A DNA stretch of 64,000 nt from an uncultured delta proteobacterium (GTDB taxonomy: Bacteria > Desulfobacterota > Binatia > Binatales > Binataceae), in the NCBI GenBank assembly GCA_963765675.1, contig CAVXXK010000001.1:736001-800000 (forward strand). The letters run 5' to 3'. How positions within the stretch are numbered: position 1 is the first letter of the stretch; each line of letters begins with the position of its first letter. Both the position numbers and the translations under genes were made by a program. Below the pieces are notes generated by a model. That model had not been told where the DNA came from, did no database searches, and worked only from the letters and a program-made list of their open reading frames with translations. Positions 1-10,235 of the stretch are shown piece by piece.

Positions 1-312
1 GTCGGACTCGCGCGCTGGGCGATGGTTGCAGTCGCGGAACGCGTTCCCTATCTGCGCGCGGAGGGCGCGGGCAGTGCGCTGCTCGGCGGCGAATCCGGGA
101 TGCGGAATCTGTCGATCGCGAGCTTGACGGTCGTGGCCGCGATGCTTCCGCTCATCTCATGGACCGTGCTCTCCGCAATCATCAGCGCGATTGTAATCGT
201 TCTCGCGATGCGCGCGTTCTACCGCCGATGGCTTGGTGGAGTTACAGGCGACCTGATCGGCGCGTGCGGCGAAATCGTCGAGGTCGCGGTGTTGATCATC
301 TTTGCACGCTGA
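1..312 (+). CDS. cobS: adenosylcobinamide-GDP ribazoletransferase (cobalamin synthase), 5'-truncated by window edge
   Basis: Hydrophobic C-terminal part with the GGVTGDLIGACGEIVE motif typical of CobS; adjacent to cobU. Confidence 0.85.
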   Translation, partial: VGLARWAMVAVAERVPYLRAEGAGSALLGGESGMRNLSIASLTVVAAMLPLISWTVLSAIISAIVIVLAMRAFYRRWLGGVTGDLIGACGEIVEVAVLIIFAR

Positions 313-320
313 ATCTGGCG

Positions 321-848
321 CTATTTCACGCGTACCGGATATCCGGCGACCATCAGGATCACTTCGGTTGCGGCCTTCGCGATCGTTTGATTGGTCCATC
401 CGAGCAGATCCCGAAAGCGGCGCGCGATGGGATTGTTCGGCACGATCGCGGAACCGACCTCGTCGGTTATGACGAGCGTGGCAAACGGCGCCGCGAGCAT
501 CACCCGCGCCAGCGTGTCTGCGTCGGCGGTGAACGACTCTTCACTCTCGATGGAGTAAATCCGCATCAGGTTGGAAACCCAAAGCGTCAAACAATCGAGC
601 ACGACCAGGTCCGCTCGAGTGCCGAGCCCCTTGAGCGTGCTGGCGAGATTGACCGGCTCTTCGATCGTGGTGAAATCCGCGGCGCGATCGGACCTGTGAC
701 GCTCGATACGCGCCGTCATCTCGTCGTCGAGCGCTTCCGCGGTTGCAACGAAATAGCGCCGCGCGCCCGCGTAACGATCCGCGAGCGCGAGTGCGTGCGC
801 GCTCTTTCCGCTGCGTGCCCCACCGGTTATCAGCGTGATCTTTCCCAT
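321..848 (-). CDS. cobU: bifunctional adenosylcobinamide kinase / adenosylcobinamide-phosphate guanylyltransferase
   Basis: ITGGARSGKS P-loop, RIERHR, VLDCLTLWVSN, EVGSAIVP, RFRDLLG motifs; start re-assigned to ATG at 848. Confidence 0.93.
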   Translation of the reverse strand: MGKITLITGGARSGKSAHALALADRYAGARRYFVATAEALDDEMTARIERHRSDRAADFTTIEEPVNLASTLKGLGTRADLVVLDCLTLWVSNLMRIYSIESEESFTADADTLARVMLAAPFATLVITDEVGSAIVPNNPIARRFRDLLGWTNQTIAKAATEVILMVAGYPVRVK

Positions 849-939
849 CGAGGATTCGAGACTACACCGCTGCCGCGCCCGCTTCGAATCGGATCCGCCG
901 GTCGCAGCCGGTTGACTACGAAACTCTTCGGGCGTAATT

Positions 940-1090
940 CTTTGCCCGCGCCCGGTGTTCGGGAAGCCGGTGAAATTCCGGCGCTGCCCCGCAACTGTGA
1001 CGGGGGACGACGGCCCATCAATGCCACTGCCTTTGCGGCGGGAAGGCGGGCCCGAGGACGAACCCCAAGCCAGGAGACCGGCCGGGCCAC
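940..1090 (+). ncRNA. cobalamin riboswitch (aptamer); boundaries approximate
   Basis: GGGAAgccGGTGaAAtTCCggcgCTGcCCCGCAACTGT ... GCCACTG ... GGGAAGG ... AAGCCAGGAGACC core motifs, upstream of a TonB-dependent receptor. Confidence 0.93.
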
Positions 1091-1141
1091 TAATGTCTGC
1101 CTTCCGCGGGGAGGGTGGCGGCGAGCCGCACACGGCTCGAA

Positions 1142-1174
1142 GCCCGATCCTTTCGCGCAAGGGATCGGGTTTTT
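1142..1174 (+). terminator. intrinsic terminator in the riboswitch expression platform (attenuator)
   Basis: GCCCGATCCTT...AAGGGATCGGGT hairpin followed by a T run, between the aptamer and the receptor start. Confidence 0.7.
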
Positions 1175-1228
1175 CGATCTCTAGCGCGAGACTCCTTCGC
1201 GATTGGCGGCACGAACGCGGAGGAGTTC

Positions 1229-3298
1229 ATGTCACGCATAGCCTGTCTTATCTCGATCACGTTTTTGGTCATCGTGTTGGGGCGCCAAGCGCGCGCGCAG
1301 CATCGTCGCCAACTCCGTCAGCAACTCCCTCATCGACACCGTCGGCTCGGGCAACCCAGTCCGCCAGCTCGACGGGCGCCGCCGCCGCGCCGGCCGCGTC
1401 GCCATCGCCGAGTGAGAACCAGCTCAAGACGATGGTTGTGACGGCGACCCGAATCCGGCAGCCGGTAGGAGAGATCGGCACCACGGTCAGCGTGATCGAC
1501 AGCGAGCAGATCGATTCGCAGAAGATCGAGCACGTCGGCACGGCGCTGGAACAGGTGCCCGGGAGTTCAGATCACGCAGGACGGATCGCCGGGGACCGAG
1601 ACCGACGTTTCGATTCGCGGCTCAACCTCGGCCGAGACGCTGATCATGATCGACGGGGTCCCGGCCAACAGCGGATCGAGCGGCGGGTTCGATATCTCAA
1701 ATCTGACCACCGACAATATCGACCAGATCGAGGTGCTACGCGGCGCGGGCGGCTCGCTGTATGGCTCGGAGGCGATTGGCGGAGTGGTCAATATCCTGTC
1801 GCAGGAAGGCGAAGGCGCTCCGCATTTCTCGCTGCTGTCCGAGGGCGGAAACCGCGCGACCCAGCGCCAGGTATTGACGGCGTCGGGCTCCGAGAACCAA
1901 CTCGATTTCTCGGGCGCGCTTTCGTATTTCTCGACCCAGGGTTTTCGTCCGGTCAACGATAGCTCCGACAATCTGGCCGGCAACTTGCGGCTCGACTACC
2001 ACTTGACCGACGATACGATCATCCGCGGTTTTGCGCGCTATTACCGCGCGAACGTCAGCCTGCCGGATTTTTCGGTGTCGAATTTTCCGCCGATCGCAGA
2101 CAACCCGACCGCGCATCAGCGCAGCGAGTTCATGCTCTTCAATGGCGTGATCGAGCATCACTTCGGCGAGCATCTGGTGGCGACAGCCAATGCATTCTTC
2201 GTTCGCAACGAGATCCGCATCAACGAGGTTCCGTTTGCGGACTTCGCGGGGAGTGAAGTCGATCGGATTCCCGACGAGACCCGCGGCGGAGAGCTCAACG
2301 CCGTCTACACCTGGGCCAAGGGGTTCCGCACTCTGGCGGGGTTTTCTTTCAAAGACCTGTGGTCTCGCGACTATGGTTCCGACATATTCCCACCTTCGAC
2401 GGTCCCTTCGACCTCGGTCTTCAACGCGCGCCGCCAGGAATACGCCGGCTACCTAGAGCAGGAGGCCTCGCTCTTCGACGGCCATCTGCTGGCGACCGGA
2501 GGTTTCCGCGTCGATGGCAACAGCCAGTTCGGCAAAGAGGTCAGTCCGTCGTGGTCGGTTGCGATTCCGATCAAGAAAATCTCGACCACGTTGCGCGGCA
2601 GCTACAGCGAGGGTTTTCGCGCTCCCGCGTTCGACGAACTCTACTTTCCCGGCTTCGGCAATCCGGATTTGAAGCCGGAAATCTCGAGCGAGTACGACGG
2701 CGGCTTCACCACCAACTTCGGCGAGTTGGCTTCGATCACCACCACTTATTTTTCGCGGCGGGTGCATGACCTGATCGTCTCGGTTCCTTGCACCTTTGGC
2801 CCTGGATGCGAATTCGGCGCGCTGCCGGGAAACGCCGGACGCGTCGACGTACAGGGAGTCGAGGTCGCGCCGAGCATCACGCCGCTACCCGGACTGAGCT
2901 TCGGCGGCAGCGTGACGATAATCGACGAGACTCACGTCTCGGTCACTCCAAGCGCGCAACCGCTACGAGTACCCAAGCATTCCGCACAAGCCCTGCTGCA
3001 ATACACCCGTGGAGACGTGTTCAGGGCGCGCGACAAGATCACCACGAGTCTCGCATACACGTTCGTCGGCGACCGCGACGACATCACGAGCGAGGGCACG
3101 ATCGCGAATCATGTCGCGTACAGTCGCTTCGACCTGGTCGCGTCGTACGCGCTCGGCGCGCCGTGGCAGTGGGTCACCGATGAAGAGGCCTTCGCACGAG
3201 TCTCGAATCTTCTCGATCGCCACTACGAGGCAGCCTTCGGCTTTCCTTCTCCGCCGGTAAATTTCGTCGCAGGAGTGAAGGTGGACTTGCAGCCGTGA
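1229..3298 (+). CDS. btuB: TonB-dependent cobalamin receptor, BtuB-like; two apparent frameshifts (~1280, ~1562)
   Basis: GGAGGAG RBS then ATG 1229 with signal peptide. MVVTATR and plug start lie in a second frame; IRG...MIDGVP, IEVLRGAGGSLYGSEAIGGVVNI and the barrel in the 1646 frame. Downstream of the B12 riboswitch. Confidence 0.85.
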
Positions 3299-3317
3299 GG
3301 ACGTCGGAAGAAAAGAG

Positions 3318-3426
3318 CAAGCGGCCACTAAGACACAAAGACACAAAGAAGAAGCCGGCCTTTCCGTTAGGAAAGACCCCCCTCATTTTCTTTTTCTTCG
3401 TGTCTTAGTGTCTTAGTGGCCGCTTG
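3318..3426. repeat. palindromic intergenic repeat (REP/MITE-like), copy 1
   Basis: Arms CAAGCGGCCACTAAGACACAAAGACACAAAGAA / TTCTTCGTGTCTTAGTGTCTTAGTGGCCGCTTG around an inner CTTTCC-GTTA-GGAAAG hairpin; similar to 38555-38651 in reverse orientation. Confidence 0.85.
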
Positions 3427-3444
3427 GAAATTCTTGCGTTGGGG

Positions 3445-6405
3445 CTACTGCTGGCGGGCGAGTTCGGCGGCGAAGTAGCGATCGAAGATCTTGCGGATTC
3501 GCTCGCGGCGCGGAAGGAACTGCGCCAGCATCCGTTCGGATCCATGGGCGCCGCGAAAGCCCATCCGGCGTGCCAGCGGCAACAGCGCGGCCGGGTCGGT
3601 CGGGACCGCCCACGCGGGTTGGTCGCTCTCGATACGGAGCCGGTTCTCGAGCTGGGTCAGAAAGCCGAAGTCTTCCGTCAGATGGACCGCGTCGCTGATC
3701 GTCATCAGGCCAGCATCCGCAAGCGCCGCGATAAGTGCGCGGGTATTTCTGATCGCGAGCGCCGGATACTGATGGGCGTGGCGCAGCGACATCATCTGCG
3801 CCAGGAACTCGACATCGACCAGACCACCGTGCCCCTGCTTGAGGTTGATCCGGCTCTTGTCCTCGGCGCCAATCTCGCGCTCCATCCGCATGCGCATCGC
3901 GGCGATTTCGGCGACCTCTTCGCGCGTGATCGGATGGCTGTAAACGAACTCCCGCCGCGCCGCTTCGACTTCATCTGCGAGTCCGGCGTCACCCGCGACC
4001 ACGCGCCCGCGCACGAGAGCCTGACGCTCCCACACGGCGCTGCTCTGGCGATGGTATTCGCGAAAGCCGTCGATCGAGGTAACCAGTGGGCCCTGGTTTC
4101 CGGAAGGACGCAGGCGCAGATCGAGCTTGTAGGCGTAGCCCTCGCGAGTGCGCGACTCGAGCGTCGCGATCAACCGCTGCGCGATTCGCGAGGCCGCCAT
4201 CCGCCCGCTCCCGCTTTCATCGCCCGCATGGTCGTACACAAAGATCAGGTCGAGGTCCGAGTTGTATGACATCTCGCGGGCGCCAAGCCTGCCCATCGCA
4301 AGGATCACCAACCTCAGCGCGGCCGGGATTGGATGACGCGCCACAACGTCGCCTCGCGCGATCTCGAGCGCAGCGCCGAGGACCGCCTCGGCAAGGTTGG
4401 TGAGCTCGGTTTCAACTTCCGGCACCTCGAGGTCGCCGGCGAGGTCGGCGATCGCGATGCGCAGAAATTCCTGATGGCGGAAGGCGCGCAGTCCGTCGAG
4501 CTTGCTCTCGAAATCGGCATTTGCCGCGACGATTCCGGACACCTCCTGACGCAGATCCGGCAGCTCGCGCCGCCGCCGCGCCAGATCGGATCGCACCAGA
4601 GTATCGAGCATGTCCGGATGGCGAATGAAAACCGTCGAGAGATAACGGCTCGAAGCGAACAGGCTGAGCAATACTCGGCGGGTCGCTGGATGCTGCCCGA
4701 GCAGCGCGAGAAATGAGGTTCGCGCGCCGACCGCCGCGATAAAATCTGCCAGATTCATGATCGCGAGGTCGGGATCGGCAAGCTTGCTCATCTCATCGAG
4801 CAGCGTCGGGCCTATACTCTCGATCAGCTCGCGGCGCCGCGGTGTGACCGAAAGATGTCCGGGGCCGCGCGCAAGCAGTTCCAGATGGCGCGCGCTTGCT
4901 TCCGGCTCAGCGCAACCCAGCGCTTCGAGATACTTCGCCGACTGCGCCGGGTCGAGCGCCGCGGACCACGCCGCCTCTGCGGCAGCGCTCACTGCGTGCG
5001 GCGCGTCGTCGTCGCCGCTGGCAAGAGTGTCGCGGAACTGCGCGGCAACCAGCTCGCGGCATTGCGCGAGCCGGCGCAGGAATTTATCGGCGTCGGCCGC
5101 GCTCTTGCCAAAACCAAGCCGCGCGGCGAGTGCGCGAAGCTCGAGACTTTCGGACGGAAGCGTATGGGTCTGGCGGCCGGCCACGATTTGCAGCTTGTGC
5201 TCGACGTCGCGCAGGAACAGGTACGCGTCGGCCAGCTTGCGCGCGCGCTGCGCGGGCAGATAGCCGAACTCCGCGAGCCGTTCCAGTGCGAGCGTGGTAC
5301 GCGCGGTCCGGATGCGCGGATCGCGTCCGCCATAAATCAGCGTCAGCGATTGCACCACGAATTCGAGCTCGCGAATCCCCCCACGTCCGAGCTTGACATT
5401 GCGCTCGACCATCGCAGCCGAGCGCAGCTCCGCCTCGATCTGGTGCTTCATCGCGCGCAATTGGCCAAGCGTGTCGAAATCGAGATAGCGGCGATAAATA
5501 AAGTTTTCGAGCTCGCCCAAGAGACGCGCTCCGATTTGCGTGTCGCCGGCAACGACGCGCGCACGCAGCAGCGCCGCGCGCTCCCAGGTCTGGCCGAGGC
5601 TCTGATAGAAACCGAGCGCCGCCTCGACGGGCACAACCAGCGAAGAATTGCGCCCGCCGGGGCGCAGGCGCAGATCAACCCGAAACGATCCACCCGCCAG
5701 AATCTCGGTGATCATCTCACCCATCCGCGTCGCGGCAACCGTTGCCGATTGTGGGTCGGCTGCGTCGCTCAAATAAACCAAGTCAATGTCGGAGCTTAAA
5801 TTTAGCTCGCGAGCACCGAGCTTTCCGAGTGCGACGACGCAGAATCTTCCGGTCTCAGCCCCGCGCAAACCCATCAGGCGCCGAGCCGCCGCGTACGCCA
5901 TTTCAATACAATCGTCGGCCAGCTCCGACATCAGGAGCGCGGTGTCCGAGACGGTAATGCGGCGCAGAAGGTCTGCGATCGCGAGGTCAAGAAAGCGGCG
6001 CCGCTTGATGCGCGCGAGTGCCGCGGCGGCGTCCTGACGCGTCGCGGAGTCTATTGTGGCGGGCGCCTTGGTGGTGCGAATCGAATCCGCGGTCGCGACG
6101 CGCGCACGGGAAAAAATCTCAAGCCATCCGGGACCCGCGATTCCGAGCTCGGTCGCGACCAGCTCCGAAGATCCCAGGCAAAAGATCAAATCGCCAGCGA
6201 GCGCTTCGTCGCGCAGCGCCTGTGTCAGCTCGTCTCGCGAATGCTCGGCGAGCTGCAGCAAAAACGCGAGCGCCAATCGCTCGTCGGGCGCGCGCTCCGC
6301 TACTATCGCGGCAGCACGGACGGCGATCCGGGGGTCACCCAGCCGGCGGGCGAGCGTGTCGCCAAGACCGGTCAGTTCAGGGCGCAATCGGCGCTTCGGT
6401 CTCAT
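3445..6405 (-). CDS. glnE: bifunctional glutamine synthetase adenylyltransferase / deadenylyltransferase
   Basis: Two NTase domains: LGKLGARELNLSSDIDL / VDLRLRPGG / WERAALLRAR and MGRLGAREMSYNSDLDL / LDLRLRPSG / WERQALVRGR. Confidence 0.95.
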   Translation of the reverse strand: MRPKRRLRPELTGLGDTLARRLGDPRIAVRAAAIVAERAPDERLALAFLLQLAEHSRDELTQALRDEALAGDLIFCLGSSELVATELGIAGPGWLEIFSRARVATADSIRTTKAPATIDSATRQDAAAALARIKRRRFLDLAIADLLRRITVSDTALLMSELADDCIEMAYAAARRLMGLRGAETGRFCVVALGKLGARELNLSSDIDLVYLSDAADPQSATVAATRMGEMITEILAGGSFRVDLRLRPGGRNSSLVVPVEAALGFYQSLGQTWERAALLRARVVAGDTQIGARLLGELENFIYRRYLDFDTLGQLRAMKHQIEAELRSAAMVERNVKLGRGGIRELEFVVQSLTLIYGGRDPRIRTARTTLALERLAEFGYLPAQRARKLADAYLFLRDVEHKLQIVAGRQTHTLPSESLELRALAARLGFGKSAADADKFLRRLAQCRELVAAQFRDTLASGDDDAPHAVSAAAEAAWSAALDPAQSAKYLEALGCAEPEASARHLELLARGPGHLSVTPRRRELIESIGPTLLDEMSKLADPDLAIMNLADFIAAVGARTSFLALLGQHPATRRVLLSLFASSRYLSTVFIRHPDMLDTLVRSDLARRRRELPDLRQEVSGIVAANADFESKLDGLRAFRHQEFLRIAIADLAGDLEVPEVETELTNLAEAVLGAALEIARGDVVARHPIPAALRLVILAMGRLGAREMSYNSDLDLIFVYDHAGDESGSGRMAASRIAQRLIATLESRTREGYAYKLDLRLRPSGNQGPLVTSIDGFREYHRQSSAVWERQALVRGRVVAGDAGLADEVEAARREFVYSHPITREEVAEIAAMRMRMEREIGAEDKSRINLKQGHGGLVDVEFLAQMMSLRHAHQYPALAIRNTRALIAALADAGLMTISDAVHLTEDFGFLTQLENRLRIESDQPAWAVPTDPAALLPLARRMGFRGAHGSERMLAQFLPRRERIRKIFDRYFAAELARQQ

Positions 6406-6533
6406 CGCATTGAAACGATAACAGACGCGATGGAGGTTTGCGCGGCACCAATCTCGCTTGGCGTGCTGAGGCCGTGCGATGTTAATTTGATCGCGAAGCT
6501 TGTCCGGAACGTATAAGGGAGGATTCTGCGGCG

Positions 6534-7215
6534 ATGATCATTCTATACACCACCGAACGCGATTATCCGTGGGGCACCGTGCGCTCGACCCACGCGTCCA
6601 AGACCAAGGTGATTCTCGAGGAGAAATCGCTGGCTTACCGAATTGAAAATTTGCCGCCGGGAAATCTGTGGAAAAAGCCGCCCGAGATGCTCGCCAAGCA
6701 TCCGCTGGGCAAGGTGCCGTATCTCGAGGACGGCGAGCTGGTGATTTTCGATTCGACCGTGATCAACGAGTACCTGGAAGAGCGCTACCCGTCGCCGCGC
6801 GCTGATGCCTGCCGATCCGATCGCGCGGATGCGCGTGCGCGAGGCCGAGAATTTCGCCGACGAGGCGATTCTAATTGGCAGCCTTCCGCTCATCTGGATG
6901 CCGTACTGGAGCGAGCCGGCCAAGCGCAACGCCGAGCAGATGGAAAAGGGCCGCGAGCTTTTGCGCTCGCGCGATCTGCGGTATTTCGAAAAGCTGCTCG
7001 AGCGGACTGGCGCTGGCGGATATATCTGCGGCGAATTCTCGCTGGCCGACGCGCCGATGATGGCGCTGGCGATGGTGCTCGAAGTGGACGCGATGAAGCT
7101 CGACGAATTTCCTCGGGTCGAGCGCTATCTAAACAACCTTCGCGGACGGAAAAGTTACCGCGCGATAAGCGCGCGCACCAAGGTCGCCGAAGCGGCTGAG
7201 CGCGCGGCGGGCTGA
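6534..7215 (+). CDS. glutathione S-transferase family protein; apparent frameshift ~6800
   Basis: HPLGKVPYL...IFDSTVINEYLEERYP in the first frame; LMPADP...YICGEFSLADA in the second. Confidence 0.85.
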
Positions 7216-7230
7216 GCCGAACGAATCGCG

Positions 7231-8472
7231 CTAGCTGACGCTGACGTGTCGCGTGCTGTGGCCGCGCGCGTGCTTGATGTGGCGCACGTGGCTTCGTTTG
7301 TGGGTGCTGCGTGCAGCGGGGGCGGAGATAGAGGCGTCATCACTCGAATCGGTATCGGAATCGGGAATCACAATCTCGGAGCCGATGCGCAGCTCGCGCG
7401 GACTCGAGAACCCATTGGCCGCCATCAGGGCTCGCGGTGAGACGCCGTACATCTCGCCAATTCTGGACGGAGTATCGCCCTTGCGAATCGTGTAGTTGCG
7501 AGTCGCGGCGATATAAGCCTTTGCGGTTTCGATTCCCGGAAAGTAGGTGTCCTCGTGCCGATGAACCTGCATCGCGGCCAGGAACTCCGCGTAGTAATTT
7601 TTCACTGCGAAGCCAAAGTGCGGACCGCTATATCGGGCGACCATCTTGGAATAGTCGCCGCCGTAGACCTCGGCCGCGCGCGCGGTGCCGCCGGTGCCGT
7701 AGTTGTACGCGGTGATCGCAAGCGGCCAGTTGCCCAGCATGTCGTAGTTGTAGCGCAAGAGCTTGGCAGCGGCTTTAGTCGAGCGGATCGGGTTCAGGCG
7801 ATCGTCGTGATAGCGCGTGATGTGCAGGTATTTCTTGCCGGTCGAGCGCGTGAACTGCCAGATTCCACACGCGCCGGCGCTCGAATGCGCACGCGACTCG
7901 AATCCTGACTCGACCTGCGCCAAGGTCACGAGCTCGGGCGGCAATCCTGCCTCGCTGAAAATTCGCTCCATCGTTGGACGATAGTACCTGCTGCGGAGCA
8001 AGCCTGCGCGGAACTGCTCTCGCAACCCTTCTTGCACGCGCAAATTCTGCGCCGCAAGCGCATACGCGCCCGGACCCTGATCCTTGAAGAGCGCGGCGAC
8101 GCGGCGTTCCTCTGAAGTTTCCGGGGCGTTGCCAGACGCGAGGCGGGAGAGGATGTCACCGTATTTGGACTTCAGATACGCGTTGGCCCAATCAATATCG
8201 TCGCGTGTCGGCTGGCCGATGCCGGGCAGATGAAAGACCTGGTAGATGCGCGAGACGTCGTCACGATCAAGAATAACGAAATCACGCACCGAATAGGTGG
8301 TGAACACGTCGACCCAGAAATTAACGTTGGCCTGGATTCCGGGAGGTTGCGGGAATGGTACCGAGGTCTCCGCGGCAGAGATTCCGGACGTGGAGAGGCC
8401 GACCGCGATTGCGATCCCGATTGCGCCTGCAACTGCCGCTAATGTGCGGCCAATCCCCGCCCTTGCGCGCAA
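7231..8472 (-). CDS. lytic murein transglycosylase with C-terminal LysM (MltD-like); start uncertain
   Basis: VESGF, SSAGACGIWQF, LAITAYNYG SLT motifs; YTIRKGDT...NG...LRIGSEIVIP LysM. Confidence 0.9.
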   Translation of the reverse strand: MRARAGIGRTLAAVAGAIGIAIAVGLSTSGISAAETSVPFPQPPGIQANVNFWVDVFTTYSVRDFVILDRDDVSRIYQVFHLPGIGQPTRDDIDWANAYLKSKYGDILSRLASGNAPETSEERRVAALFKDQGPGAYALAAQNLRVQEGLREQFRAGLLRSRYYRPTMERIFSEAGLPPELVTLAQVESGFESRAHSSAGACGIWQFTRSTGKKYLHITRYHDDRLNPIRSTKAAAKLLRYNYDMLGNWPLAITAYNYGTGGTARAAEVYGGDYSKMVARYSGPHFGFAVKNYYAEFLAAMQVHRHEDTYFPGIETAKAYIAATRNYTIRKGDTPSRIGEMYGVSPRALMAANGFSSPRELRIGSEIVIPDSDTDSSDDASISAPAARSTHKRSHVRHIKHARGHSTRHVSVS

Positions 8473-8604
8473 CGCGATTCCTCCTGACGCCTCGTATCGG
8501 GCGCCCGATCCCCATACCGGCTTAGACTGACCGGTATCCTAATATCGATTACAGACACCGGCTCTGATAGTCAACGGATGCCGCCTGCGTGGCGGAGGTA
8601 AATT

Positions 8605-9639
8605 GTGGCAAGGATGCAACAACACAGGACGATCGGGCACCCAGCGATCGGCGCGACCGCTGTCTGCGCTGCGCTATTGCTGCTCGCGGCGCTCCTGACC
8701 GGATGCGGCCGAGGTGATGGCAACACTGCGGGCGCATCGTCACAAAACTCGTTCAAAGTGGCGCTGCTGACGCCGGGTCCGGTCAGCGACGCGGGATGGA
8801 ACGCGGCGGCATTCGACGGTTTGCAGTTGGTCAAGCGGGAACTGGGCGCCGAAACCGCAATGGTGCAAACCCAATCGCCGGCGGATTTCGAGGACGCTTT
8901 CCGCGACTTCGCGCAGCGCGGCTTCACGATCATCTTCGCCCACGGCTTCGAATACACCGACACCGCGTTAAAAGTGGCGAAGCTGTTCCCGAAAACCTGG
9001 TTCATCGTGACCTCGGGCAGTGCGTCATCGTCCAATGTTGCTTCGATCACATTTCGAATCGAAGAAGGTGCGTACGTCGAGGGCGTCATCGCGGGCGGGA
9101 TGACAAAATCGGGCGTGGTCGGCGCGATCGGAGGAATCAAGATTCCCTCAATCGGCGTAACGTTTGAAGGTTTTCGCCTGGGCTTCCTGGCTGCACGTCC
9201 CGACGGCCGTGTGCTGGTCAGCTATACCGGCAGCTTTGACGACGTTGGCGCGGCCAAGGAGGCTGCGCTCGCGCAGGTAAGCCAAGGGGCGGATTTTCTG
9301 ATTCATAACGCGGACGCCGCCGGACTGGGCGTATTCCAGGCCGCCGTGCAATCGCACATTTACGCATTCGGGGTTAATCGCGATCAAAACGGCGTCGCGC
9401 CCGACAACGTACTCGCAAGTACGCTGACGCATATTCCGAAAGCCTTCCTACGCGTCGCTACCGAGATCAAACAGAGCAAGTTCAGGCCCGGGATGATCGA
9501 ATACGGAATGAAAGACGGGATGGTGGAAGTAGTTTACAACCCGCGGCTGGCCGGCAAAATTCCTCCCGCGGTGATGGCGAAAGCGAGGCAGGCGAATCAG
9601 GACATTATTGACGGCAAGATCACCGTTCCGGACCGATAG
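8605..9639 (+). CDS. BMP family ABC transporter substrate-binding lipoprotein
   Basis: Lipobox LLTGC; PGPVSDAGWN, IFAHGFEY, YTGSFDD motifs. Confidence 0.9.
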   Translation: MARMQQHRTIGHPAIGATAVCAALLLLAALLTGCGRGDGNTAGASSQNSFKVALLTPGPVSDAGWNAAAFDGLQLVKRELGAETAMVQTQSPADFEDAFRDFAQRGFTIIFAHGFEYTDTALKVAKLFPKTWFIVTSGSASSSNVASITFRIEEGAYVEGVIAGGMTKSGVVGAIGGIKIPSIGVTFEGFRLGFLAARPDGRVLVSYTGSFDDVGAAKEAALAQVSQGADFLIHNADAAGLGVFQAAVQSHIYAFGVNRDQNGVAPDNVLASTLTHIPKAFLRVATEIKQSKFRPGMIEYGMKDGMVEVVYNPRLAGKIPPAVMAKARQANQDIIDGKITVPDR

Positions 9640-9660
9640 CCTGCGACAGTCAATCGCGAT

Positions 9661-10059
9661 TTACTTGCCCCAGCTATCCTGACTCCAGCGGTCGGTGGTG
9701 TCGAAACGGTCCTTGGTCGAGTCCAGCGCGCTCGTCTGGGAAAATTGGTCGGAGGGGCTGAAGCGATCGCCCGATTCACTATCGAGGGTAGAAGTGGAAC
9801 TGAAGCGGTCCGTGTCCGGAAAACTGGACTTCTCGGAAAGCTGATTGTCCTGGGGAAACTGTGTCGCTCCAGCCCAAACCGTTTCGGGGATTTGCGAATC
9901 CAGCGGTCCCTGGCTGGTGGCCTCGGTACTGGTGCTGGCACTCGCTGTGGTCGCGCCGTATTCGCCCATGGTCTGCGCGATCGCCCCAGTAACCATCGCG
10001 GCGACGATAATCGCCGTCATTCCCACCGTCGCTACCAACGCGTACAGGTGCCGCTTCAT
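9661..10059 (-). CDS. hypothetical secreted protein with S/T/D-rich DRF repeats
   Basis: GGAGG RBS, signal peptide ending AIA-Q, low-complexity C-terminus. Confidence 0.65.
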   Translation of the reverse strand: MKRHLYALVATVGMTAIIVAAMVTGAIAQTMGEYGATTASASTSTEATSQGPLDSQIPETVWAGATQFPQDNQLSEKSSFPDTDRFSSTSTLDSESGDRFSPSDQFSQTSALDSTKDRFDTTDRWSQDSWGK

Positions 10060-10235
10060 CGGATTGCCTCCCGTGCCTCGACGAGTCTTCCAGATGCATC
10101 CATAATCCTACAGATTGTTAAATCACCTTGCGCGTGCCCAATCAACCACTACCTTCGCGCCGCATCGCACTTGAGCGGGATTGGCTGCCGCGGATAAGCT
10201 CGTGCCAGATGCCGCCTCGCGCGCGCGTCGCAGCG

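Noticed and set aside
849-1160. N-terminal extension of cobU given in the ORF track
   Set aside because: It overlaps the riboswitch in antisense; CobU homology starts at MGKITLITGG.
1279-1563. Programmed or compensating frameshifts in btuB
   Set aside because: The start frame hits a TGA at 1439-1441, there is no slippery heptamer, and similar indels occur in unrelated genes.
3318-3426. Possible CRISPR array from the AAGACAC repeats
   Set aside because: Units are ~9 nt, tandem and inverted, with no spacers and no cas genes.
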